Below, in pieces: positions 50,949 through 60,519 of a stretch of 64,000 nt of DNA. The position numbers and the translations under genes are program-made. Position 1 is the stretch's first letter; the number at the start of each line of letters is the position of its first letter. The DNA is from Actinomycetes bacterium (GTDB lineage Bacteria > Actinomycetota > Thermoleophilia > RBG-16-64-13). Where the stretch lies: positions 9,022 through 73,021 of the forward strand of contig JAJFUK010000110.1 of NCBI GenBank assembly GCA_021372435.1. Direction: 5' to 3'. The notes under the pieces were generated by a model. It made no database searches. It worked only from the letters and a program-made list of their open reading frames with translations, and had not been told where the DNA came from.

Positions 50949-51488
50949 CTATTCAGCCGGCTTTTCGGCGCCGCCTGCTTCCTGTGCCTCTCGACCGGCA
51001 GGGGGCTCCGCCTTCAAGCTGTCCGCCTCCGCCCCGCCTTCACCGGTCGGCCCCCTATCCAACGCCGCTACATATGCCAACTGCAACTGGGAGAGTACAC
51101 CCCGGTGCGCGACCATCTCCTTCGCCGGCCGTGTTGGCGCCACGATCTCCATGAGCGCCCTGAAAGCGTCGATGGCCATCCGCGCCTGGTCAAGGTCGCG
51201 CAGCGCGGCGGTCTCCGGCGTCACCCCCATCCGGCCGACCGCCAAAGTCGACAGGGATTGCATCATATAGAGAAGGTGCTCGCCGACCGGCAGGTTCCGT
51301 ATCTCCTCCTGCAGACGCGCCACCATCTCAGCTTCCTCGTGCATCTCGGCCTCGCGCATCTCGGCGTCGCTCATCCCGGCCTCGTGCATCTCGGCCTCGC
51401 TCATCCCGGCCGTGGTCTCGTCGACCTTCTCCGCCCCCTCGTCGGCCTTCGCTCCGGTGGTTTCGTCGTCCCTGCTCTCCTCTGCCAT
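50949..51488 (-). CDS. Acidic hypothetical protein (possibly DUF1844-like)
   Basis: 179 aa. Glu/Asp-rich N-terminus with (S/A)EAEMHEA repeats, a conserved-looking core (LLYMMQSLSTLAVGRMG ... VLSQLQLAYV) and an acidic tail. Family assignment is tentative. Confidence 0.4.
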   Translation of the reverse strand: MAEESRDDETTGAKADEGAEKVDETTAGMSEAEMHEAGMSDAEMREAEMHEEAEMVARLQEEIRNLPVGEHLLYMMQSLSTLAVGRMGVTPETAALRDLDQARMAIDAFRALMEIVAPTRPAKEMVAHRGVLSQLQLAYVAALDRGPTGEGGAEADSLKAEPPAGREAQEAGGAEKPAE

Positions 51489-51599
51489 GGATCTCCGTAC
51501 CTCCTGCCGTGGATGTTCCGTGAAGCGACGTTATCACAGTCTCCCCTGTTAGAATTGCGGGGTCCACCTGGAGTGGCGTGACAAAGGAGCCGGAGCAGC

Positions 51600-52298
51600 G
51601 TGAGCATAACGGAACCGGTGCGCGATAGGGATGCCGATGTCGACGCCGATCTCGTAAAGCGCGCGCGGGAAGGCGACGAAGAGGCCCTGACGCAACTCTA
51701 CAGGCGGCATGAGCGCCGCGCCTACAACCTGGCGTTGCGCACGCTCGGCGATCCGTGGGATGCCGCCGATGTCGCCCAAGAGGCTTTCATCAAGGCCTTC
51801 AAGAACCTGGACTCGTTCAAGGGCGAGGCCCGCTTCGGCACCTGGTTGCACCGTATCGTGGTGAACGCGGCTTACGACCACCTCCGCCGGCAGAAGCCCG
51901 AACCCATGGATTCGGAGATCCTGGATGACCTGTCCGGGCCGTCCGGACCTGCGTCGGTGGTGGCCACGGGCAGAGACGGCATCGATCCCGCCGTCGACGG
52001 CCTGTCCGACCCGCTCCGACACGCTTTGATGGGCCTGAGCGAGGGGTTCCGCTTCGCGGTCGTGCTCTGCGACCTGCTCGGTTTTCCGTACAACGAGGCG
52101 GCCGACATCCTCGGGGTGCAGGAAGGAACGATCAAATCCCGCATCTTCCGAGCCAGAGAGGCGCTCGCCGCCGTACTCACGACGGCCGGCTACGGTAGTA
52201 CGATGGCCGCCGGGCGCGGCTCAGATGAGGCCGCGCCCAGGAACCAAGGCCCTGCAGGGAGCGTCACACAACAGGGCAAGTTAGGGGACGATTTGTGA
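51600..52298 (+). CDS. ECF-subfamily RNA polymerase sigma-70 factor
   Basis: GTG start. Sigma-70 region 2 (YRRHERRAYNLALRTLGDPWDAADVAQEAFIKAF) and region 4 HTH (YNEAADILGVQEGTIKSRIFRAREAL). Confidence 0.85.
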   Translation: MSITEPVRDRDADVDADLVKRAREGDEEALTQLYRRHERRAYNLALRTLGDPWDAADVAQEAFIKAFKNLDSFKGEARFGTWLHRIVVNAAYDHLRRQKPEPMDSEILDDLSGPSGPASVVATGRDGIDPAVDGLSDPLRHALMGLSEGFRFAVVLCDLLGFPYNEAADILGVQEGTIKSRIFRAREALAAVLTTAGYGSTMAAGRGSDEAAPRNQGPAGSVTQQGKLGDDL

Positions 52299-53524
52299 TG
52301 TCCAGGGGCGATCACCGAGAAGATCATCGGACTGAGCCTGACGGCAGGCCGTCCGGACACGTGGACGACTGGGAGGACCTGGCCGTCGATTTCATCGACG
52401 GGCGGCTCGACCGGGAGACCACGGCCGCCATCGAGGGCCACCTCGAGCAGTGCCCCACTTGTGCCGCCCGGCTACGGGCCCAGCAGAACATCCTGGCCTT
52501 CCTCCGGCAGACCCCTCTGCAGCAGGCGCCGGCCGGGCTTGAAGACCAGGTCTTGGACGAGGTGCTCATGCCCGCAAAGCCCGTGCGGACGCCCCGCCGG
52601 AAGGGAGAAAAGGAGCCCTTTGGCTGGTCGGCATTGTGGCGTCGTACGATCAGGCCATGGATACCCGCCACTGTGGGGGTGGCGGCCGTGCTCCTGGCGA
52701 TCGTAGGCTATGGGCTCCTGCGCCCGAGCGCCGAGGAGGAGACGGCGCAGTATGCGGCCACGACCTCCGTCACCTACGGTGAGGTCGAGACGACCTCCTT
52801 CGCCTACCGCGCATCGGACACGCCCTCCGGCGGCGAAGAAGGCGAAGACACCGTCGCCGCCGCCCCGTCCGAGACCGCTACCACGGCTGCGCCCATGACT
52901 ACGACCACGGCCGCGGGCGAAACGACGACCACGGCCGCGGGCGAAACGATGACCACGGCCGCGGACGCCCTTGAGCCCGCGCAAGGTACTGCGTCGATCC
53001 AGCCCGCGGCCGCAGGCACCCAGGATCGCAAGACCATGATCGCCGAGCTCGAGGACGCCGGAAGTCCCGCCTTCTTCGTTTTTGACACGGCGACGCTGAC
53101 GGATGAAGCTTCCGCGGAGAAAGCGGCCGCCTCGATCGTCGAACAGATCACAGCCCTCACCGGGCTGCAGCCTCTCGAGAGCGCGCTCTCCCTCGGCGCA
53201 CCTACGTTCGCCGCTTTCGTGCCGCGCGACGATGCCACACAGTTCGTCGACCTGCTACGGTCTATCGCCGCCTCAGTGCAGGTCGTCGTCAGTCTCGACA
53301 TGCAACCTCCGGAGGCGGCCGCGGACGCCACAGCCAGGCTGCTCGAGCAGAAAAGCGACCTGCCCGAGCTCTCCGCCCACCGCACACCCCAGCCGGCAGT
53401 CTCCGGTTGGTCGTTCACCACCTCGACCCTGGCGAAATCCAGAGAGGGAACGGCGGTGACGGGGGAAGCGCCACCCGACGAGGCGGGGACCCACGTGCTG
53501 GTGGTGATCTACCTGCAGGACTGA
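52295..53524 (+). CDS. Zinc-finger (zf-HC2 / ZAS-type) transmembrane anti-sigma factor
   Basis: Start overlaps the sigma factor stop (GTGA). N-terminal HLEQCPTCAAR zinc motif, one TM helix, and an extracytoplasmic domain with Thr/Ala-rich tandem repeats (TAAGETTTTAAGETMTTAAD). Confidence 0.7.
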   Translation: MMSRGDHREDHRTEPDGRPSGHVDDWEDLAVDFIDGRLDRETTAAIEGHLEQCPTCAARLRAQQNILAFLRQTPLQQAPAGLEDQVLDEVLMPAKPVRTPRRKGEKEPFGWSALWRRTIRPWIPATVGVAAVLLAIVGYGLLRPSAEEETAQYAATTSVTYGEVETTSFAYRASDTPSGGEEGEDTVAAAPSETATTAAPMTTTTAAGETTTTAAGETMTTAADALEPAQGTASIQPAAAGTQDRKTMIAELEDAGSPAFFVFDTATLTDEASAEKAAASIVEQITALTGLQPLESALSLGAPTFAAFVPRDDATQFVDLLRSIAASVQVVVSLDMQPPEAAADATARLLEQKSDLPELSAHRTPQPAVSGWSFTTSTLAKSREGTAVTGEAPPDEAGTHVLVVIYLQD

Positions 53525-53594
53525 CCGGGATCCGGGCTTGGATCTACTCGGCCCTATGTTGCGGACACGCCGCCGGCGCCAGCAGGCCCCTGGA

Positions 53595-53671
53595 TGGTCG
53601 GGGTGCCGGGATTTGAACCCGGGACCTCATCGTCCCGAACGATGCGCGCTACCAGGCTGCGCTACACCCCG
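53595..53671 (-). tRNA. tRNA-Pro (anticodon CGG), CCA encoded
   Basis: Acceptor CGGGGTG/CACCCCG, anticodon loop TTCGGGA, T-loop GGTTCAAATCC, encoded A-CCA tail. Confidence 0.75.
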
Positions 53672-53722
53672 CCGTTCAACTGCCATCGACCACTTCGACG
53701 GTGGCCTATTGTATACCATCGC

Positions 53723-56700
53723 CTACGGGCGGGCCACGGCCGCGCAGACCCACGCCACCGGGCAACGCGCGCACTCCTCGCTTGTCCTGGCAGGGAACTC
53801 CCTCCGCCCCAGGTCACCGAGAACGCCGTCCAGACTACTTTCCAGGCGAGGGATGTCGCCCCTACCGAACCGCCTGGTCTGCGGCTCCGCCGGGTCTTCC
53901 AAGAACACGAAATCCATCTGCACTGCGGGAGCGCCGGCAAGCAGCGCCGCGAGGCAATAGACGATCGCCTGGAGCTCGTAGCTCGACATGAGCTCGGCCG
54001 GGGCGCGGCCGGCAAGCGCGTTGGTCTTGTAGTCGATGATGCGCCAGCACTCGTCATCGCGAAGGACCAGGTCCATGACACCTGAGAGCAGAGCGTCCCC
54101 CCGGGCGAAAAAGAAATGGGCCTCGCGGGCCGCGGCCGGGTGGGACCACGTACCGGCCGCCGGCATCTTCCAGAAAGCCAGGGTGAGGGCGACCGCCCGC
54201 TCCACATCGGCCGGCGACAGCTCGACCCCGGTCTGCAGGAGCCAGGCGTCGGCCTCCCTCCGCACGGACTCCTCGGCCGGAGGCCCATCCCCTACCGGTA
54301 GCCTCTCCAGCAGCGCGTGCGTCAGGAGCCCTACGTCGCGACCCGTCTGCCGCTCGTCCGGGTCGAGAAGCAGGTCCCCCGGCGGGGGAGCATCATCTGC
54401 CTCGTCGTCATCGCCGCGCTCGATCCCCTCCCGATCGAGGCCCAACATACGCTCGAGGTAGAAGCGCCGGGGGCACCTCTGATACGCCGCAAGCGCGGAA
54501 AAACTCAGGTGATGGGGTACGCCGGCCCGCGGCGCCGCCACTAAGAACTCGGGCGAGGACTCAGGCCCTGACTCTCGTGGGGACTCAGACGGGGACTCAG
54601 ACGGGGGCTCAGACGGGAGCTCGGCCGACATCCCGCGGCCCTCGCCGTCCGGCGCGCCGCCGGCCTTCATCTGCGGCCGCGCGGGAGCCGGCGGCGCTCC
54701 CGATCCTACGACCGGAATGCTCGCGACGACCGCGTCGAGACCGTCGAGGGTGGCGCTCTCGCCCTCGGCCGGCAGGCCTTGCAGCCCAAGACCGACGATG
54801 GTGCGGCCGATCCGCGAGCCGTCAAGCCGTTCCCCCACCGGCCTCGCCCCGATGAGGATCAACCGCTGTTGCGCACGCGTCATCGCCACATACAGGAGCC
54901 TGACATCTTCTTCGTTCTCCCTTTCCCGACCTTGTGCGACCACCTCCGCACCCGGTCCCCACGAAAGGTCGTACGCTTCGTAGTTCTCCCGTTTGGAGCC
55001 TTTGAGAAAGACTGCCATCCGGCCGTCGTCGCCCACGACCACGTCCGGAGTCTCACCGTGGAACACGTCCGACCCGAGGCCGGCCAACACCACTACGGGG
55101 AACTCCAGGCCTTTTGCCTGATGGATGGTCATCAGCCGCACCACGTCGTCGCCTTCGGCCAGCGTGGGAGCGCTTCCCTCCTGGTCGCTCAGGTCTCCCA
55201 TCGACGCGATCAGCTTCACGAAGCCGGCGAGATCGGGTCCCTCGAGGGCCTCGAAGTCGCGCGCCATGCGCATCAATTTCCCCACGTTCGCGAACCGTCG
55301 CATCCCGTCCGGCGAGGCAAGCAGGCATCGATCGTAGGCGCAGATACTAACGGCCTCGTCGATCAGTCGAGCCAGACCCGGCCGGCCCACCCGCCGCCGG
55401 AGCCCGTCCAGACGGACGGCGAACGCTTCTAGGAGCATCCGGTCTTCGTGTCCCAGGGCGGCGACCTTTCCGCTTCTGACAACATCCCAGAGCGAGGCCC
55501 CGTCCTTGCCCTTCTGGCGACCGAGGTGATAGAGGGCGTCGTCGGAGATCCCGACCAGAGGCGACCGTAGGGCGGCCACCATGGCCAGGTCGTCGTGAGG
55601 ACTGACCAGGAGCCGGAGTAGCGACACGATGTCTGCGACCTCTTCCTGCGCGTAGTAGCCCTTGCCCCGCACCACATAGACCTGCAGACCGGCAGCAAGT
55701 AAGGCCCGGCGATAGATATCGACGTACGTGTAAGCGGGCAGCAGGACCACGATGTCGCGCTGCAGGTAGCCTTCTTCGTGGATGAGTGAGCGGATCCGTG
55801 CGGCTACCACCCGCGCTTCCGCCTCCGGGATGGAGAGAAGGAGCTTGGCCGGGTCGGTAGGCACCCCCCGCTCCGCGACCAGGACTTCGACGGCGGCCCC
55901 TCCGGCCCGGGAAGCGACGGCCGGCCGGGCCGGAGCGGAGGGCGCCCGCCCGGGATACACGGTCGTCGTCGCGGGCCCGCCGGTGCTCGGCGCCGGCCGC
56001 GGCGCCGGCCGGGCCGTGATGTCGGTCGCCTCCGCGGGCTCCTCTTCCGGATCAGGCGGAAGCAGCGGCTTGAAGTCCGCTCCGAAGTAGCTCGGGTGCG
56101 CGAACAGCCGGTTCACGAAGTCGAGGATCTCCTTGCGACTCCGGTAGTTGGTGTCAAGCCGGTAGAGAGTCCCGGCCGGGTCGTCCGCGGCTTTGGAGCC
56201 GAGTTCCTCCTCCCGCTTCCTGAACACCTGGACGTCGGCCCCCCGGAACCGATAGATGCTCTGCCGGTAGTCGCCCACCATCAGAAGCCGGGTCGCGCCG
56301 AGACCCTCGAGGATCGAGCACTGCACCTCGTTGGTGTCCTGGAACTCGTCGATCAGGACCCAGCAGCCCGGCAGGACCGGGTCTGACGCACCCGCTCCGC
56401 CTCTGCCCGACACGAGCGCCCGGGCCCGGAGCTCGAGGTCGGTGAAATCCAGCATCCCTCGTTCCCGCTTGCGGGCCTCGTACCGCTGATGGAATTCCAT
56501 CAGCAGCCTGTTGACGGTCGAGACCAGCGGCCGCAGGCGCAGCTCCGCCAGTGCGGACCGATACTGTGTCAGCGCTTCGCGCACCGGCTCGAAGTCGGCT
56601 TCCATCGACCGGGTCCGCCGGCTCGGGAAGAAGTCAAGGGTCTCAGCGAGCCTGGCGGCCCGCTCCTCGTCAGACATACGGCCTTCGAGCCACTGGAGGC

Positions 56701-57379
56701 ACGCCCGCAGCCGGTCCACATCGGCCTGCAGTGAGGAACCGGGGCGCGCCGACACCCGCACGGCCGCGAGCGCCCGGTCGATGGCCTCGACCAAGCGGTC
56801 GCGCGCCCACCCCGGCGGAGGTCCGGGAGCGATGGTCACCTGCGGTTGGTCGTAGCCCAGCCCACGCAGCCGGTCGTAGAGAGGCCCTATCTGCCTCCGC
56901 AGACCGTCCCGGCCGGAGGCCAGGACTTCGAGCTCCATCTCGTCGACGTCCTCGGCCACGCGCTCCCAGGCCTCCCGGCCGGTCTCTTGCTTGACCAGAG
57001 CGGCCGCCTCCGCCTCGAGCACCGAACAAGCCGGATCGACTCCCACCTCAAGCGCCCGGTCTGTGATCAAACGCCGGCAGAGAGCGTGGATCGTCCCGAT
57101 AGTGGCCGCGTCCAGAGACCAGGCCAAGTCGCTCCTCCCCCGAAGTCGAAGCTCGCAACGGATGCGATCGGCCAGTTCGGCGGCCGCCTTCCGGGTGAAG
57201 GTGACGGCCACCAGCCGGTCGGCCGGAATGCCCTCCTCGAGGAGGGCGCGGACGAAGTACGCCACGAGAAGCCGGGTCTTGCCGCTCCCTGCGGCGGCGG
57301 ACACCAGTATTCTCGGACGAGGGTCAAGCACCACCGGCTCCTGCGTCTTGGACAGTCTGGTGCCTTGCTCGCCGGTCAT
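53723..57379 (-). CDS. addA: AddA-like helicase-nuclease subunit (UvrD-family helicase plus C-terminal PD-(D/E)XK nuclease)
   Basis: N-terminal ILVSAAAGSGKTRLLV Walker A typical of AddA/RecB, with UvrD-like motifs throughout. C-terminal RecB-type nuclease (LSFSALAAYQRCPRRFYL ... IIDYKTN). ATG at 57379 overlaps the addB stop (ATGA). The track ORF begins at 57430. Confidence 0.8.
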   Translation of the reverse strand: MTGEQGTRLSKTQEPVVLDPRPRILVSAAAGSGKTRLLVAYFVRALLEEGIPADRLVAVTFTRKAAAELADRIRCELRLRGRSDLAWSLDAATIGTIHALCRRLITDRALEVGVDPACSVLEAEAAALVKQETGREAWERVAEDVDEMELEVLASGRDGLRRQIGPLYDRLRGLGYDQPQVTIAPGPPPGWARDRLVEAIDRALAAVRVSARPGSSLQADVDRLRACLQWLEGRMSDEERAARLAETLDFFPSRRTRSMEADFEPVREALTQYRSALAELRLRPLVSTVNRLLMEFHQRYEARKRERGMLDFTDLELRARALVSGRGGAGASDPVLPGCWVLIDEFQDTNEVQCSILEGLGATRLLMVGDYRQSIYRFRGADVQVFRKREEELGSKAADDPAGTLYRLDTNYRSRKEILDFVNRLFAHPSYFGADFKPLLPPDPEEEPAEATDITARPAPRPAPSTGGPATTTVYPGRAPSAPARPAVASRAGGAAVEVLVAERGVPTDPAKLLLSIPEAEARVVAARIRSLIHEEGYLQRDIVVLLPAYTYVDIYRRALLAAGLQVYVVRGKGYYAQEEVADIVSLLRLLVSPHDDLAMVAALRSPLVGISDDALYHLGRQKGKDGASLWDVVRSGKVAALGHEDRMLLEAFAVRLDGLRRRVGRPGLARLIDEAVSICAYDRCLLASPDGMRRFANVGKLMRMARDFEALEGPDLAGFVKLIASMGDLSDQEGSAPTLAEGDDVVRLMTIHQAKGLEFPVVVLAGLGSDVFHGETPDVVVGDDGRMAVFLKGSKRENYEAYDLSWGPGAEVVAQGRERENEEDVRLLYVAMTRAQQRLILIGARPVGERLDGSRIGRTIVGLGLQGLPAEGESATLDGLDAVVASIPVVGSGAPPAPARPQMKAGGAPDGEGRGMSAELPSEPPSESPSESPRESGPESSPEFLVAAPRAGVPHHLSFSALAAYQRCPRRFYLERMLGLDREGIERGDDDEADDAPPPGDLLLDPDERQTGRDVGLLTHALLERLPVGDGPPAEESVRREADAWLLQTGVELSPADVERAVALTLAFWKMPAAGTWSHPAAAREAHFFFARGDALLSGVMDLVLRDDECWRIIDYKTNALAGRAPAELMSSYELQAIVYCLAALLAGAPAVQMDFVFLEDPAEPQTRRFGRGDIPRLESSLDGVLGDLGRREFPARTSEECARCPVAWVCAAVARP

Positions 57380-60300
57380 GGACGATACTCCCCCCGCCGG
57401 GCGCGGCAGGCCGGCCCGAGCGGGCACCACGACGGGCAGGGCCGGTCGGCCCGCGGAGCGATGACCCCGGTCCGCATGCCTTCGGCGGCGTCAATAGCGG
57501 TCTGCACCGTGAGCCGAGACAGCTCCTCCAGGCCCGGCTCATCGAGCGACCTGATCCCGGCAGCCCCTGAGCCGAGCACCCACTCCGCCCCGGCCGCCAC
57601 CACGCCGGAGCGTTTCTTGTCGAACAATGAGAGGTACGCCCCGCCGATGACGCCCGCTCGGGGCCGCTCCGCGGCAAGGGCCAGCAGATACAGCGGCAAC
57701 TGCAGCGCTTCGCCCGTCCCTAAAGCCTTCGGCGGCGGGATGGCGCCCGTCTTGTAATCGAGGATGAACACCCCCGTGCCGTCGGGAGTGGCATCGACGC
57801 GATCGATGCGTCCCCGCACCCTGAGCCCGCCGATGTCCACGCCCCGGTTACCTCCCACCCACATCTCGGACTGCGAGAACGTCAGTGGGCCCGCGGCGGC
57901 GGCCTCCATATCGAAGAGGTTCCGCGCCATGCGCTTCAGCCTCCAGGCGGCCAGCCGCCGCTCTGAGAAGGAGCCCGGACACCGGTCTTCCCAGACGAGC
58001 CGGTCGACGACGTCGCACGCGACCTGCCCGGCCCGGCGGACGCCCGGCTCCCTTAGGGGCAGAAGACCTTCCGCCGACAGCGTGCGGTAGGTCTCGCTGA
58101 GCACATCGTGCAACAATCGCCCGATCATACGGCCGTCCAGTTCCAGATCGATATCCTCAGCTCCGACGACCCTCTCCACGAACCACCTGAAGGGGCAGTC
58201 CGCATACGCCTCGAGCGCCGATGGGTTGAAGCATCCGGTGGAGGCGAGCTCCTCCAAGACGGCCGGATCAGCCAGGCGGGAGGGCGGGCGGCCCCACGGC
58301 GGCACTGCCTCTCCGAATCCGAGCGCGACCACGGCCGGATGGGGCGCACACCCGTACGCGGCGCACGCCCTCAGGTAGTGCCGCAGTGACGGAGCTTTGT
58401 GGAGGGCGAAGACCTGGTCGGCCAGAGTGCGGTACTCGGGGAAGGACCCGTCGAGTCCCAGCAATCGTCTCGCCTCCTGCCAGTAAGGGGATGGGACGCT
58501 CTCCGTCCCGTCGTCCTCCGCGTCCCGCGCGCTGAGAAGAAGCAGGCGCCATGGCCGCGAGATGGCGCTGACGAAGAAGGCCGCCTCTTGGTCGGGTTCC
58601 GGGGGAAGAAGACCTCCTCCCGCCTCGTCGAGCCGTGCCCGTTGACCGGCGCTGAGCAGGGAAGGCCGGTCGGGGCTCCCCGGGAACTCCCCTTCGGCCA
58701 GACCCAGTATCACCACCGCCTGGAACCGGCGGGCGCGCGCTCTCTGCACGCTGAGTATCTGGACCGCATCATCGTCCTCAGAGCGTTCCCCGGGCACCGC
58801 CACACGGCCCAGGGAGTGCAGCACGAGCCGGGGATCGAGCCGGTCGGAGCGGCCGGCTTCTGCGCCGCCCACGTCCATCGAGGCGCCCAGCGACGCGAGG
58901 GATATCATCGTCCGCAACGCTCCCTGCAACGCCCGGAACACCCGCACATCCTCCGCCGCCGTCCGGTCGGTCAACCGGCAATCGTGCAGCCCGGCGATCA
59001 ACATGTCGTGAATCAGACTCCCGGCGGCCGCCGGCACGAACCACGGCCCGGCTCCCTCGGGGACCGCCGCCGGGGTGAGAACATGACCGCGAGCGACCTC
59101 CACTCCCGGCTCGCGGCCCACATCGGACCCGACGGCGACCCAATCGACCATCTTCCAGAGCCGCTCCACTCGACCCGAGCCTCCATCCGCGGCGATCCGC
59201 GCCACGGCCCGGGCGCCCCGCGCAGTCCCCCGCCGGTATGCGAGCTCCAGGTCACCCGTCTCCTCAAGGGAGAGACCGCTGTAGGGACTGCGCAGATAGG
59301 CCAGCAAAGCCTCGCCCTCGTCCAGGCTCACTCCCCGCAGCGCCTGCAGGAAGGCATGGCCGAGCCCCGTCTCGCGCACGCAGGGACGATCGTCCATGTG
59401 ATAGGGGATGCCGCACGACTCGAAGACATCCCCAAGAAGGCCGCTCCATGGGCGGACGTGCCGCACGATGACCGCAATCTGACCCGGTCTGCAGCCGCCC
59501 CTGATCAGGTCGGCGACCTTCTCTGCCGCCAGCTCCGCCTCGGCACGCCGGCCGGAGGCCAGAAGGAACCGGACTCCGTCATCCTTCGAGCACGCCGGCG
59601 CCGCCTCGCGCGCCGGCGGCCGGTCGGCCGCACACATGAAGTACCGCTCCAGATAAGCGACGGCCGCAGACGTGTAGGCGCGCTCCGGAGGCGCCACCTC
59701 CTTCACCTCGGAGGCCCTTGAGATCCACCAGGAGATCTCCCCCGGCGTGCTGAGATTGACGGCCCGGGAGCGATCATACGTGAACGTGACGAGCACCTCC
59801 GCCCGGCGGGACAGCGCCTCGACGAGAGCCCGTTGTCCGGCGGTGAAGGACGTGAAGCCGTAGAAGGCGACCGGTCTCTCCCAGGCGCCGGCGGCGGGTC
59901 TCGCTTCGCGCACGGCGACCGGGCGGTCGGTGAGGCCGAGGGCGGCGTAGATCTTCTCCTGAGCCCGGGCCAGCCGCCGGATATCGCCGGCCAAGGCGCC
60001 CGACCGGGGATCGCTCACCGCCCAACGGGCAAGGACGCGGTCGAGGTCATCACGGTCCCTGCCGCTTTGCCACAACTGCTCCAGCAGCTCGACGAGCCCC
60101 GTGACCACGCCCGGAAGGTGCATCGACGCGGAGAGGGCCTCGAGACGGGTCTCGCGAAGAATGCGGCCTGCGATCAGCGTGCGTTCTAGGTCGGTCGCGT
60201 AACGAGGGGACCGGCCCAGGACGAGGCGCACCAGGCCGTCGAAAGTGAGGGCCCGGTCTTGCCCGACCAATCCTCCGAGCCGCCCGGCCATCTCCAACGA

Positions 60301-60447
60301 GACCTGGTGCGCGTCGGGTCCCGTAGGAACCACCACCACAGGTCGCCGGGTAAGCCTCTCCTGCCACCAGTCGAGGACCAGCCCCTGCTTGCCGGAGTTG
60401 GCCGGACCTACAACGAGCGTCAGTCGCTTGGGAGACGATCCACTCAT
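57376..60447 (-). CDS. addB: AddB-like helicase-nuclease subunit (degenerate ATP-binding N-terminus plus Fe-S PD-(D/E)XK nuclease)
   Basis: The internal ATG at 60447 gives an N-terminus MSGSSPKRLTLVVGPANSGKQG (AddB-type Walker A). The 408 codons upstream are an open antisense overlap with the pafBC-like gene. C-terminal nuclease with an AddB-like four-Cys arrangement (CPFRWF ... CPSWCPLGPAC) and the DYKTG motif. Confidence 0.75.
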   Translation of the reverse strand: MSGSSPKRLTLVVGPANSGKQGLVLDWWQERLTRRPVVVVPTGPDAHQVSLEMAGRLGGLVGQDRALTFDGLVRLVLGRSPRYATDLERTLIAGRILRETRLEALSASMHLPGVVTGLVELLEQLWQSGRDRDDLDRVLARWAVSDPRSGALAGDIRRLARAQEKIYAALGLTDRPVAVREARPAAGAWERPVAFYGFTSFTAGQRALVEALSRRAEVLVTFTYDRSRAVNLSTPGEISWWISRASEVKEVAPPERAYTSAAVAYLERYFMCAADRPPAREAAPACSKDDGVRFLLASGRRAEAELAAEKVADLIRGGCRPGQIAVIVRHVRPWSGLLGDVFESCGIPYHMDDRPCVRETGLGHAFLQALRGVSLDEGEALLAYLRSPYSGLSLEETGDLELAYRRGTARGARAVARIAADGGSGRVERLWKMVDWVAVGSDVGREPGVEVARGHVLTPAAVPEGAGPWFVPAAAGSLIHDMLIAGLHDCRLTDRTAAEDVRVFRALQGALRTMISLASLGASMDVGGAEAGRSDRLDPRLVLHSLGRVAVPGERSEDDDAVQILSVQRARARRFQAVVILGLAEGEFPGSPDRPSLLSAGQRARLDEAGGGLLPPEPDQEAAFFVSAISRPWRLLLLSARDAEDDGTESVPSPYWQEARRLLGLDGSFPEYRTLADQVFALHKAPSLRHYLRACAAYGCAPHPAVVALGFGEAVPPWGRPPSRLADPAVLEELASTGCFNPSALEAYADCPFRWFVERVVGAEDIDLELDGRMIGRLLHDVLSETYRTLSAEGLLPLREPGVRRAGQVACDVVDRLVWEDRCPGSFSERRLAAWRLKRMARNLFDMEAAAAGPLTFSQSEMWVGGNRGVDIGGLRVRGRIDRVDATPDGTGVFILDYKTGAIPPPKALGTGEALQLPLYLLALAAERPRAGVIGGAYLSLFDKKRSGVVAAGAEWVLGSGAAGIRSLDEPGLEELSRLTVQTAIDAAEGMRTGVIAPRADRPCPSWCPLGPACRARRGEYRP

Positions 60448-60519
60448 GATTGGGCTTATTGTAGAGCCCCGTCCGGACGGATGCTGTCCATCACCCCGGT
60501 AGTGCGCTAGTCTTACGCC
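60448..60519. promoter_or_regulatory. Divergent promoter region between addB and the pafBC-like gene
   Basis: 72-bp spacer. On the minus strand a TACAAT hexamer sits about 10 nt upstream of the addB ATG. On the plus strand a TAGTCT hexamer ends 6 nt before the pafBC-like ATG, suggesting a leaderless transcript. A TGTCCATCAC element lies between them. Confidence 0.3.

Noticed and set aside
53525-53594. Near-palindrome CCGGGATCCGGG after the anti-sigma gene as an intrinsic terminator
   Set aside because: The two halves are not truly complementary (CCGGGATCCGGG versus its reverse complement CCCGGATCCCGG) and no T-tract follows.
60485-60513. Possible PafBC RecA-NDp operator (TGTC…TAGTCT) upstream of the pafBC-like gene
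   Set aside because: The gap between the TGTC element and the TANNNT hexamer is about 15 nt, not the roughly 8 nt of the published consensus, so it is reported only as a candidate inside the promoter finding.
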